Positions 1 through 8,907 of a DNA stretch of 64,000 nt are shown piece by piece; position 1 is the stretch's first letter, and every line of letters starts with the position of its first letter. This DNA is from a virus (Duplodnaviria; Caudoviricetes), in IMG/VR virus record IMGVR_UViG_3300038530_004289, positions 59,397 to 123,396 of that record; one strand, 5' to 3'. Both the position numbers and the translations under genes were made by a program. The notes below the pieces were generated by a model, which was given only the letters and a program-made list of their open reading frames with translations, did not search any database and was not told the origin of the DNA.

Positions 1-60
1 ATAGATATCTTCGGCTCCTTCAACAACAGTAGGATTAATTCGGTTCAATTCTCCACTCAT
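1..60 (-). CDS. 5' end of a CDS running off the window (MSGELNRINPTVVEGAEDIY...)
   Basis: ATG at 60 with GTGAG SD-like site and TTAAGTATC box at 92-100; frame open to position 1. Confidence 0.5.
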   Translation of the reverse strand, partial: MSGELNRINPTVVEGAEDIY

Positions 61-91
61 GGAACTCACTAATTGTTGAGTTCAGCATTCT

Positions 92-100
92 GATACTTAA
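92..100 (-). promoter_or_regulatory. TTAAGTATC TATA-like promoter box (class A)
   Basis: Exact copy of the recurrent motif, in the gap after the stop at 114. Confidence 0.7.
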
Positions 101-113
101 AGGTGTTGGAAAT

Positions 114-2366
114 CTAAAATCCTTCTTCTTCCATAAGATACGACTTTGCTCGCTCAACCAATTTCTCTCTTGCCTCGCTCTTTTCATCGCCTGAGCCAAA
201 TGTGCTGATTCTTGAAATCTTGCCATCACTCAATTCAAATACAACATCCCCGAAAGACATCCACTTGCCATCTTCCCTTCTTTCAGGAGGTATCGAATAA
301 CCTACATTCACACTAACGACTTCAAAATCTTCTTCAGCACCAAATTGTTTCATCATTTTTTCAACCTGTTCATCTGTCAAATACCGAAGACCGTCTTCCA
401 TCCATTCTGTATCACTATAATTTTTCATAGCGTATTCATATTCCTCATCACCCATCGTATCAGTCCACGATTTGCCCTTTTCAACCAAAATATCAAGTTT
501 TCCTTTTTTCTTCAAGGATTCATACAATTGTTTTCTCATGCTTACTTGTTCATCGGATAGGTAATCTCCACCATGAGTTTGTAAATCGTCAAGGATTGGT
601 TCTTCCGCACCCAAATGAAGAACCCTGTTTGCCCTCACATTATCACGGAATGGTTTTGTCCGAATGCTTCCCTCTCTAATCCCTGCATAAAGTCTGTTTA
701 TCAATTGATTGCCTTGTTTTGTTGATAAATTATTGATAATAGTAAAGAGCATATCTAAGGAAGTCAAATCCTTTAATGAATCTGCAACGAAATCAATTTT
801 TCTTGCCCTTGACATATTTTCTAACGGCTCTCCATATCTATGTCGCAAATAGGATTCTTCATCTTCAGCCTCAAATCCTTCAGCCCCAAACTCTTCATTC
901 CATGTTTCGGTCAAACCCAATCCTTGTTCAAGGGCTTTCATTAAATCAGCATGGCTATCACCATATCGGATTCTCTCATCCAATGTTGAAAGAACATCAT
1001 TTTGGATTTGGTATGCGTTAAGAATCTTAGGGGCATCCGCTATGAGTTTTTTATCAGCCATCATCCTGTTAAACTCGGCTTCGCTCATGTCCTCCCAATT
1101 TTGAGTAGGGTGAACCATAGCGATTGTTCGGGGTATGCTTTCATCATGCTCTTGCCATACGCCTTGTGAATCCTCACTATTTGTTTCCCAATCGCCTTTT
1201 GTGTGTCCGTCATAATCTCCTATGTTTATCATCCAATCATCATAGGTTTCAGCCCCAAAATAATGACTTTGATTTCCACCTCTCCAATTTTGGGTGAAGG
1301 AATTCGGTCTTACTTTTCGATTTCTTGAGGGTTTCTTGATACTGTCAATCTGAGCATTGATTTTTTCACAATACCAAATATAACTCATTTTAGTGGGGTG
1401 ATTCCCATGCCCTATTTGAACCCAATCACAATCCACTTCTTCAGCAGAGAACTCTTCAGCCCCAAACAATTCAGCATAAACTTCAGCAAAGGTCATGTTG
1501 TCTCTTCTTCGTTGTTCTTCAAGTTTTCGGGCAGTTTCCTCTCTATGAATCTTCATATTTCTGACGATTTTATTGCCTCTTTGTTTGAGTGATTTATCTC
1601 CACCGTATCTGAAAGGATATTTCCATGCAATCGGATTCAATTTGACGGTGTATGCCTTCAAACTTTCAATTCTTCCTGAACCTTCTGAGGTGGAGATTAT
1701 TCCCTTATCAATCAATTTTTGAACAAGTTGCGGTTTGAAACCATCATACCCCTTTCTATCGGTTTTGACATAAGCATCTCTCCCACCCCCGTTAAAGGCA
1801 GAAACCTTGAGGTAATCCAAAAGTTTCAATTGGTTTTTTGTCAATTGTGGCTTAGGTGCTTCAAACTCTTCAGCATCATAATCAAGACCCTTCATGTTGA
1901 AGAAATCTTCATCTTGGCTTAAGTCTTCCACTTCCTTTTCTTCGGTTTCAATTCCGAGATAAGCCTTGATGTTCGGCATGGAATCCTCCATATCAACAAT
2001 GATGTTTTTCACTACAAGGTCAGCAGGTCTTCGACTTCTTTCCGAAGCCCTAACTCGCATAAATCTTGGAGCAGGAGCATTCATCATATACGCTCTCTGC
2101 AAAATCCTATCAACGCCCTCTTGTCGCCCCTGAACGGATAGAAGACCGCTTCTTGCATCGTAGTCAATGCTCGTAGGTGTAAATCCAACATTATCTTTCT
2201 CGCCCTTCACATAGAAGTAAGCGGCAGGAAGTGATTTGGTTCCCTCAATAGGTTTATCGCCAATAATCCAAGCATTGTCGTAAAATTGCGATTCTTTTGA
2301 TTTCGATTTAGGGTCGTAAGTCCAAAACTTTCCTAAATCAACATAAGCGGAACTGACTTCGGCCAC
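114..2366 (-). CDS. Modular polyprotein-like protein with six AE-F-x-AE linkers; includes a wHTH-like module and an HTxGxW...LIADAP phage-type module
   Basis: ORF 114..2465; start moved to GTG 2366 (GGAGGG SD 7 nt upstream, removes overlap). Linkers DAEEFEA, FGAEEFSAE, FGAE, EEFGAEGFEAE, LGAEE, FGAEEDFE. Confidence 0.75.
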   Translation of the reverse strand: MAEVSSAYVDLGKFWTYDPKSKSKESQFYDNAWIIGDKPIEGTKSLPAAYFYVKGEKDNVGFTPTSIDYDARSGLLSVQGRQEGVDRILQRAYMMNAPAPRFMRVRASERSRRPADLVVKNIIVDMEDSMPNIKAYLGIETEEKEVEDLSQDEDFFNMKGLDYDAEEFEAPKPQLTKNQLKLLDYLKVSAFNGGGRDAYVKTDRKGYDGFKPQLVQKLIDKGIISTSEGSGRIESLKAYTVKLNPIAWKYPFRYGGDKSLKQRGNKIVRNMKIHREETARKLEEQRRRDNMTFAEVYAELFGAEEFSAEEVDCDWVQIGHGNHPTKMSYIWYCEKINAQIDSIKKPSRNRKVRPNSFTQNWRGGNQSHYFGAETYDDWMINIGDYDGHTKGDWETNSEDSQGVWQEHDESIPRTIAMVHPTQNWEDMSEAEFNRMMADKKLIADAPKILNAYQIQNDVLSTLDERIRYGDSHADLMKALEQGLGLTETWNEEFGAEGFEAEDEESYLRHRYGEPLENMSRARKIDFVADSLKDLTSLDMLFTIINNLSTKQGNQLINRLYAGIREGSIRTKPFRDNVRANRVLHLGAEEPILDDLQTHGGDYLSDEQVSMRKQLYESLKKKGKLDILVEKGKSWTDTMGDEEYEYAMKNYSDTEWMEDGLRYLTDEQVEKMMKQFGAEEDFEVVSVNVGYSIPPERREDGKWMSFGDVVFELSDGKISRISTFGSGDEKSEAREKLVERAKSYLMEEEGF

Positions 2367-2368
2367 AT

Positions 2369-3109
2369 TCAAACCCTCCGAATCATGAATCTCCCGCCAC
2401 CATTCCTTGCGAGTGCTTGGAAAGTAGTGTCGGAAACAGGAGTTAGGTGGTATCCTCGCCTCCACTCTTCAAAACTCATGGTTTTAGAACCGTCAGTATA
2501 GGAGGTGTTGATATCGGGACCAAGATTATCTGTGGAAAGATAAACGGTTGATAACCGAGCAAAATCTCCTGTTCGGTTGGAAGGATAATCAGGTCTTTGT
2601 GGGTATGCACCGTTCACAGTCATACCAACATCAGGTGTTAATTCACAAGGCGCACCCAACATTTGTGGGTAGTTGTAAGCCATTGGAACTTGATTGGAAG
2701 GCAAGGCTTGTTGTCCTACTGCATTCGCTTGAAAATCTTCTGCACTCAAAGTAGTGCCATAGGCTTCTGCCGCTTGAATCTCATAATCAATAACGCCCGG
2801 TCCAAATGCAGTCATGTTCAAAGTTCTCGAAGCATTCTGTGAAACAAGTTCGTAAGAGCCAACGAAAGCAGGGTCGAAACTCTGTGGATAAACGCCTAAA
2901 GTGGTTCCTGTTTTTTCAATGGAAAGTTCTTCAAGTTCAGAAGGTCTGATTGAATTAACTGCGGAAGTAATTCTATTCCACAAGGTATTGTTTCCTCGCT
3001 CATCTTCAGCAGACATAACAGTTTTGTTGCCATCAACGAATTTCACATAGCGCAATCCGCCTCCGACACCAAGTAGTGCCGCATAAAAAATTTGCTTTAG
3101 CGATACCAT
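2369..3109 (-). CDS. N-terminally membrane-anchored hypothetical protein (putative virion protein)
   Basis: Start MVSLKQIFYAALLGVGGGL at 3109, 29 nt from the TTAAGTATC box; contains SAED and SAEDFQA motifs. Confidence 0.7.
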   Translation of the reverse strand: MVSLKQIFYAALLGVGGGLRYVKFVDGNKTVMSAEDERGNNTLWNRITSAVNSIRPSELEELSIEKTGTTLGVYPQSFDPAFVGSYELVSQNASRTLNMTAFGPGVIDYEIQAAEAYGTTLSAEDFQANAVGQQALPSNQVPMAYNYPQMLGAPCELTPDVGMTVNGAYPQRPDYPSNRTGDFARLSTVYLSTDNLGPDINTSYTDGSKTMSFEEWRRGYHLTPVSDTTFQALARNGGGRFMIRRV

Positions 3110-3129
3110 AATTTCACATCTTCCATTCT

Positions 3130-3138
3130 GATACTTAA
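3130..3138 (-). promoter_or_regulatory. TTAAGTATC promoter box (class A)
   Basis: First T lies 29 nt upstream of ATG 3109. Confidence 0.8.
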
Positions 3139-3140
3139 GG

Positions 3141-3479
3141 CTATCGGAGTTTTCTCTTTCCGAAATAGTAGGATGACACTCCAACGATTAGGAACATTCC
3201 CATGATTTTTGGATTATCCAAAGCGAATCTTAGTGAGTTCTCGAAAAAGGCAGTAGCCCTTGAAACGATTTCTTCAGTTGCAGATTGTGGTTCTGCTTCA
3301 AACGCAGACGGCTCGATGGTTTCAAGGTCTGCATCAACGGTAGTTTCGGGTTCAGGTTCCGCAGGAGGCTCATAGAATGGTGAAGCCTCTGCTGAGATAC
3401 CCAATTGTTGTGGGGTCAAATCGCCAAATCCAACAGGAACAGGCATGGGGGCATCCATATCCATCTGTGAATACATCAA
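3141..3479 (-). CDS. Small acidic tail-anchored protein
   Basis: C-terminal IMGMFLIVGVSSYYF followed by basic GKRKLR; internal SAFEAE. Confidence 0.7.
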   Translation of the reverse strand: MMYSQMDMDAPMPVPVGFGDLTPQQLGISAEASPFYEPPAEPEPETTVDADLETIEPSAFEAEPQSATEEIVSRATAFFENSLRFALDNPKIMGMFLIVGVSSYYFGKRKLR

Positions 3480-3715
3480 TAATCAACTCCTGCTTCTTTC
3501 AGATATGCGAAAGCAGAAATGCCACCGCAAGCGATAACGATTGGGCCAAGAGTCATGCCAACAATGTTTGACTCGCCTCGAATGATGTATGGAAGTGAGT
3601 GTGCAGTTTCCAAAACTCCGATTCCCATCATGGCAAGTGCAATTGTGTAGCCGACTTTGTGAATCATTTTGGTTTCAGTTTCGTAGTATTTCTTTGGTAT
3701 CGCTAATGGGTTCAT
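3476..3715 (-). CDS. Small two-TM membrane protein
   Basis: Two hydrophobic segments; tightly packed between neighbours. Confidence 0.7.
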   Translation of the reverse strand: MNPLAIPKKYYETETKMIHKVGYTIALAMMGIGVLETAHSLPYIIRGESNIVGMTLGPIVIACGGISAFAYLKEAGVDY

Positions 3716-3716
3716 G

Positions 3717-5594
3717 TTATTGTCCTCCTAATTTTTTTCCGATGGCGGTTCCTGCAATTACGGAACCTGCAAATACCATCAATTTGCCGATGGCTCCTAA
3801 TGGGTTCAGTTCTTCAAATGGTTGTGAGAAGGTATCAATGCCTTTAGCCTCAAAAGATTCTGCTTGTAAATCATAATCGTATTCCACCTTGACTGTCTCT
3901 TGAGTAATCTCTCCATCTAAATCATCTTCAACATCTATTTCAAACTCTGTATCTCCATATCCTGAATCTGAACCTCTCTCCACTTCTCTTTCAACTAATC
4001 CCTCCACCTCATCAAAAATTTCACCTCCATCTATGTCATCTTCATTTGGGTGTGGGTGAGGGTCGGTTTTCCAATTAATATCCACACCCACATACCTTTC
4101 CACTTGAATTTCATCGTAGCCTTCAGCCCCAAGCCTCACCATGAAATCTCCCCCATCATGGTTAATCGGGTCTTCAATAAAAGCCCTTAAGCGAGCCATA
4201 ACATCTTGTATTTGGTATCTTTCGGCTCTCAATCTTGTTTTTGTGTCTTGATTGTTGGTAGCCAAAATCTGTTTTCGGTTAGCCTCCAACAAACGATTTA
4301 GGGCTTGAAGTTTATCAATTGTGGCTTCAATAAATGAATCATCAACAGTTCTGAGGTTTCCTTGCCTATCGTATATCTCAGCCTCTAAATACTTGGAGTA
4401 GGGAGGCTTAAGAAACATCTCGCCCGCCCTTCCATAAACCATTTCATAAAAAAACTCCAAAGAATTGAGGGGCTTCTCATATTCCATAGAGTAGTCAAAA
4501 CTCTTTCCTTTGTAGTAGTTTTGAGTGGCATCCCGAACATCATTCAAAACAAAGTAGCCTTCTCCAACTTCTTCAAGAGCCTGTTTGTCATAAGTTCCAA
4601 CGAGGGAGTAGTGATAAACTTCAACACCGCCATCTTGACCTGCTAATTCAATTTCATAATCAACAGTCCCATTTCCCGAAACAACTTTCCCCAACTTCCT
4701 TAACTTATCAACATTCTTCAAAGGAATGCTTTGCTCTTTGAATAATCTATGCAACATTCCTTTTCCATCTTCAGCCCCAAATTCTTCAGCGTAATACTCT
4801 CGGTCAATAATTCCATATTGGTTCCCGATAGCATCCACAAACCTGAATCCATCGAGATTTAATTCGTATTCACCTTTCAGGTTTCGCAAAAAATCCAAAA
4901 ATGTTCTTTGATTGCGATTATCCATTCGTAAGTTATGGTTGTTGTCATAGTTTATCAAGCCGAAATTTTCATCACCATATCTTCTTTCTGCCCCAAACTC
5001 TTCAGCCCCCCTTCTATATTGAGTATCAGCATCATGTTTGTGAAGTAATTTTGTCAATAGATGCCCCACCTCCTGTCTTTGTCTGCTTGTGGAGTTATCA
5101 ATCAAATACAAATCTCTCACCGCAATAATCGGTTGAACTAAAACTTCATTTTTCAGCCCTCTAATTTTTTGCACGATGAATCCATCAACAAAATAATAGT
5201 CCTTACCACCTAATCTTCCCAAAAATACCGCCCCCCGATTTGGGTAGCCACCTTGATTCCCAAACCATTCGGGTTCATATCGGTATGCAATAGTTCCATT
5301 CTCATTGAACCTCGCTTCAAAGGTTTCATTTTCAGCAGACAAGAAACTCGGCATAGCCATGTGTGGATTAGGAGCATTATCCTGAAGCCATCTGTTCACA
5401 TCTTGATATAGCAATTCATGAACTTTTCCCATCTCTAATTGCCTTTGAATATGATAAGGTAATTCAAAAAAATCCTGTGCATTACCTCCTTTTTCAATGT
5501 AGTTTTCTAAAATCTTGATTTTTGGAGCAGGGATTCCCTTGTAGCCTTTGGCTTCAAATTCTTCTGCATCTCGACATCCACAAGTGTTGCACAT
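3717..5594 (-). CDS. Modular polyprotein-like protein with MCNTCGC leader, about seven AE linkers and C-terminal anchor
   Basis: MCNTCGCRDAEEFEA, SAENETFEA, GAEEFGAE, YAEEFGAE, LEAE, LGAE, QAESFEA; ends LMVFAGSVIAGTAIGKK. Confidence 0.8.
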   Translation of the reverse strand: MCNTCGCRDAEEFEAKGYKGIPAPKIKILENYIEKGGNAQDFFELPYHIQRQLEMGKVHELLYQDVNRWLQDNAPNPHMAMPSFLSAENETFEARFNENGTIAYRYEPEWFGNQGGYPNRGAVFLGRLGGKDYYFVDGFIVQKIRGLKNEVLVQPIIAVRDLYLIDNSTSRQRQEVGHLLTKLLHKHDADTQYRRGAEEFGAERRYGDENFGLINYDNNHNLRMDNRNQRTFLDFLRNLKGEYELNLDGFRFVDAIGNQYGIIDREYYAEEFGAEDGKGMLHRLFKEQSIPLKNVDKLRKLGKVVSGNGTVDYEIELAGQDGGVEVYHYSLVGTYDKQALEEVGEGYFVLNDVRDATQNYYKGKSFDYSMEYEKPLNSLEFFYEMVYGRAGEMFLKPPYSKYLEAEIYDRQGNLRTVDDSFIEATIDKLQALNRLLEANRKQILATNNQDTKTRLRAERYQIQDVMARLRAFIEDPINHDGGDFMVRLGAEGYDEIQVERYVGVDINWKTDPHPHPNEDDIDGGEIFDEVEGLVEREVERGSDSGYGDTEFEIDVEDDLDGEITQETVKVEYDYDLQAESFEAKGIDTFSQPFEELNPLGAIGKLMVFAGSVIAGTAIGKKLGGQ

Positions 5595-5600
5595 TTCTCA

Positions 5601-6299
5601 TCACTCTCGCTTTCTCATTTCACTTACAGTAAAGGCTCCAAACACCAATGCAAGGAAGCCCAACTGAGCGTATTTGAATCCCTTTGGAACTTCTATTTTT
5701 CTTCGGTATGCGGCAAGTCCGATTGGGGATGGAATCATACCCATTCTTTCATAGTGTCTTTTCATGCCTCTTCGAGCATAATCTCTTTTTGAGTCTCGCT
5801 TCATGCCTGTAAATTCTGAAGCAAGTTCTTCAGCATCTAATTCGGTATGCTCCCCGATTTCATCAACCACCATATCTTCAAAGTCCTCTTCGTCAGCAGG
5901 GAAAAAGCCCTCATTATTTGCACCTTCAAACCGAGTTGAAAGTCCTCTTAAATATCGCTTCGCACCATCGTATTTGATTTCAGCCTCAAAATCTTCAGCA
6001 TCTAATCCTCTGTGGAATCTTCGATTTACTTCCAAAAGTTGTGTTGGAGTCCATGTAAAAGATAATTTTGTGTAAATTGAACCTGACTGAACCGAAGTAT
6101 TCAGAATAAGTCTGATTCCTTGTTGGAATAAGTTTGTGTAGTTGCCTCTGCTACTGTAAAAGGAATCTTCCATTTCGGCATCTTTCATACATGATTCCAT
6201 GTCTAAGAAATATCCAAAAATAGTTTGCCTTGTCTCGTATGGATTTATTTCACCACCACTAAAAAATTCTTCTTTCAGTTCTTTCACATAGACAGTCAT
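5601..6299 (-). CDS. Two-module AE-linker protein with tail anchor
   Basis: DAEDFEAE mid-protein; C-terminal LGFLALVFGAFTV followed by RKRE. Confidence 0.75.
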   Translation of the reverse strand: MTVYVKELKEEFFSGGEINPYETRQTIFGYFLDMESCMKDAEMEDSFYSSRGNYTNLFQQGIRLILNTSVQSGSIYTKLSFTWTPTQLLEVNRRFHRGLDAEDFEAEIKYDGAKRYLRGLSTRFEGANNEGFFPADEEDFEDMVVDEIGEHTELDAEELASEFTGMKRDSKRDYARRGMKRHYERMGMIPSPIGLAAYRRKIEVPKGFKYAQLGFLALVFGAFTVSEMRKRE

Positions 6300-8473
6300 T
6301 ATTCATCACCCTTCCCTTTCATTCTCATCGCAGTTAATCCCACAAGGGCAACCGCCACAACACCTCCACCAATCGCAAGGTTTTTAGGTGAGAAACGAGA
6401 TTCCGTTTTTTCAGGAGGTTGTTCTGCATTTTCCTGCGGCTTAGGAGATGGAATAAATGGATTCGATGTGGAATAAGTCAAGTCCTCCCCACACACTTTT
6501 TCGGTTGGGTGCAAATCACTTCGGCATTCTTGCCAAGAAGCACAATCACCGTCATCTTCACAGATTGGTAAGCATTGACCATCAACGCAAACTTTCCCAT
6601 CAGGGCAATCATCATCATTGGTGCAAGTTTCAGGAGCCTTGAATGTTTCAGATTTCTTCAACAACCTTTCAGTCAGTTTGTATCCAAACACCGCAGAGAA
6701 AAGAAGAACTGCTACGCCTCCGTAAGCCATTACTTCTTTATCACTTGGCACATATTCATCGCCAATGTATTCACCTGCAAATTCATAATCCATCATGACA
6801 TCATCATCATCGTCAAATTCTTCTTGCATGGGGTCTTGAATAACGCCTAAGCCTACAAGCGATGATTCGTTCCATCCATCATCCCAACCTGAAAAGAACT
6901 GCAAGTATCGGCTTGAATTGTTTTCAATTTCCTGCATCAGTTCATCAGGAGTAATGTCGTAAGTAATCATGTATTCAGTATCAACGCCTGAGTAGTAGTC
7001 TTCTTTGGTTGAATCAGGCATCCACATGGTTTTAGCCGCATTTCGACCTTCGGCAAACGGAGTGGATTCAGCACCGAGAGTTTCGGCAAAGTAAGACCCT
7101 GAACTTTCAGAGTATTCAACAGCATCCACATCAAGTAAATCTGTATCAATGATTTGAGGTGATTTCAGTTCACCATAAGCATAAATGTCTCTCGTAGTTC
7201 CATCCTCGAATTCAACTTTTGTGGATGAAGCCGCTTCAATTTCGCTCAATTGTCGAACATAATTTTCAGGGTTTGATTCGACTTCCGATTTGATGTCTTC
7301 TTTGATTTCTTCTTTGGCTCTTTCTAAGTTTTCCAGATTTTTTGAATAGGGAACAATGTCCTCATCATCTATTTCCACAACATAATCTTGCAGAATTGTT
7401 TCTCTGTCGTATCTTTTGGTTGTCTTATCTCTCTCATATTCAATTGAACCTTTCATTTCAGACTCAAACTCTTCAGCCCCCATCATCCTCAATAAAACTT
7501 GATTTCGGATTCCTATTGGAATTGAATTTACTCTTCTTTCATATTCTCTCATGGTGCTTTCAGCCATGTGCAAGCGATATTGAACTTCATCACTAATTGA
7601 TTTTAAGTCGTTGTATTGTGTGTTGTAAATGTTAAGATAATCATTAGTTTGAAAGTCAAATTCCCCCTCATTCAACCTTCTTTCCATTTCAGTTCTGTTT
7701 CTTAAGGCCATTTCTAATGGTGATGCAATCCGACTTTCTATTCTTTTCAAACCTTTGATTTGTCTTATACTATCTTGAAGCAAAGCATGATAATAGATGA
7801 ACTCTTCAATTTGTTCTTTAACATCCGTTTCAGAATCAAAAGTAATTTTTTGACCTCTTGAGTTGGTGTAGTCGTTCAGCATTACATCTTCCATACTACC
7901 TTGATATACTATGTTGTAAGGTCTGAAGAAAGGTTCATCCATAGGGTTCCCGAAATCATCATAGTGGTGATGTCGAAGTGTAACGAATACCTTGTCTCCT
8001 GCATTTGTGATGTTCACTACTTTCCCTTCATATTCATCAGCATTTTCAGCCCCAAACTCTTCAGCATCAAAAATCAAATATCCATCTTCAAAATCTCCGT
8101 TATCGTAGGCTTTTTTGAGGAATTTCAATGCCTCCATTTGTGTATTGAAGCCATAACTCATTGACCTATTGTATTGTTTCATAGGATTCCTAAGCATTCC
8201 ATAGTCAAAACTTGCTTCAGTAAATTTCCACCCTTCTTTCCAATTCCACCCTTCCATGTCATGCCTTTTTTCATAAGGAATGATTTGTGTTTCATACATA
8301 AGGACTACAAATGCTCCGTCTTTGAGAGTTTCATCGGTAATTCGGTAAGTATATTTGTCTAATTTTTTAACATCAAAACCTTCAATAATTTTTGTTGAAC
8401 CCTTCCTCATGCCCCGAAAAGCATCTTCGGCTTCAAATCCTTCAGCCCCCTTACATCCACAAGTATTGCACAT
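6299..8473 (-). CDS. Modular polyprotein-like protein with MCNTCGC leader, AE linkers, TM, Cys-rich repeat and C-terminal anchor
   Basis: MCNTCGCKGAEGFEAE, DAEEFGAE, GAEEFESE, FAETLGAE; TM VMAYGGVAVLLFSAVFGY; CTNDDDCPDGKVCVDGQC; ends IGGGVVAVALVGLTAMRMKGK. Confidence 0.8.
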   Translation of the reverse strand: MCNTCGCKGAEGFEAEDAFRGMRKGSTKIIEGFDVKKLDKYTYRITDETLKDGAFVVLMYETQIIPYEKRHDMEGWNWKEGWKFTEASFDYGMLRNPMKQYNRSMSYGFNTQMEALKFLKKAYDNGDFEDGYLIFDAEEFGAENADEYEGKVVNITNAGDKVFVTLRHHHYDDFGNPMDEPFFRPYNIVYQGSMEDVMLNDYTNSRGQKITFDSETDVKEQIEEFIYYHALLQDSIRQIKGLKRIESRIASPLEMALRNRTEMERRLNEGEFDFQTNDYLNIYNTQYNDLKSISDEVQYRLHMAESTMREYERRVNSIPIGIRNQVLLRMMGAEEFESEMKGSIEYERDKTTKRYDRETILQDYVVEIDDEDIVPYSKNLENLERAKEEIKEDIKSEVESNPENYVRQLSEIEAASSTKVEFEDGTTRDIYAYGELKSPQIIDTDLLDVDAVEYSESSGSYFAETLGAESTPFAEGRNAAKTMWMPDSTKEDYYSGVDTEYMITYDITPDELMQEIENNSSRYLQFFSGWDDGWNESSLVGLGVIQDPMQEEFDDDDDVMMDYEFAGEYIGDEYVPSDKEVMAYGGVAVLLFSAVFGYKLTERLLKKSETFKAPETCTNDDDCPDGKVCVDGQCLPICEDDGDCASWQECRSDLHPTEKVCGEDLTYSTSNPFIPSPKPQENAEQPPEKTESRFSPKNLAIGGGVVAVALVGLTAMRMKGKGDE

Positions 8474-8868
8474 CAGATTCCACCTCCAAGATTACTTCTC
8501 AGAATTGTTCTGATTTGTTGATTACCAAAATAAGGTGAATAAGCCATAGGGTCGGCTACTCCTGCTTCATTGTCTAAATCTTGAGTTTGATATCCATCAG
8601 GGTCGAAAATCGGATTGATTAGAAGCGGGTTATACACCGCACTTCTCGGCTTACAAGTTCTGCAACCACCATCAAGAATCACAAATGAATCGGGTGGTGG
8701 GGCTTCTTTCACTTCTTTTTTGGAACCACAACCGCAATCCCCTGAAGCGGCTTTTTCAAGCATTCGAGATTCTCTTAGTTTTCCAAATGTAAAGCCACCT
8801 ACACCTACGATAATTCCAATCATGGAAACTTGAAATAGACTCAGATTTTTCAAAGTGGAGACTACCAT
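8473..8868 (-). CDS. Membrane-anchored protein with CGCG and CxxC motifs
   Basis: N-terminal TM; GDCGCG and GCRTC; first gene of the 8868-3141 run. Confidence 0.7.
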   Translation of the reverse strand: MVVSTLKNLSLFQVSMIGIIVGVGGFTFGKLRESRMLEKAASGDCGCGSKKEVKEAPPPDSFVILDGGCRTCKPRSAVYNPLLINPIFDPDGYQTQDLDNEAGVADPMAYSPYFGNQQIRTILRSNLGGGI

Positions 8869-8888
8869 GAATTTTACTCAGCGTTTCC

Positions 8889-8897
8889 GACACTTAA
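8889..8897 (-). promoter_or_regulatory. TTAAGTGTC promoter box (class A variant)
   Basis: 29 nt upstream of ATG 8868. Confidence 0.75.
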
Positions 8898-8907
8898 AGA
8901 TATCGCA

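Noticed and set aside
5574-5594. HypB hydrogenase maturation protein (MCxxCGC start)
   Set aside because: No GTPase motifs follow and no hydrogenase genes are present
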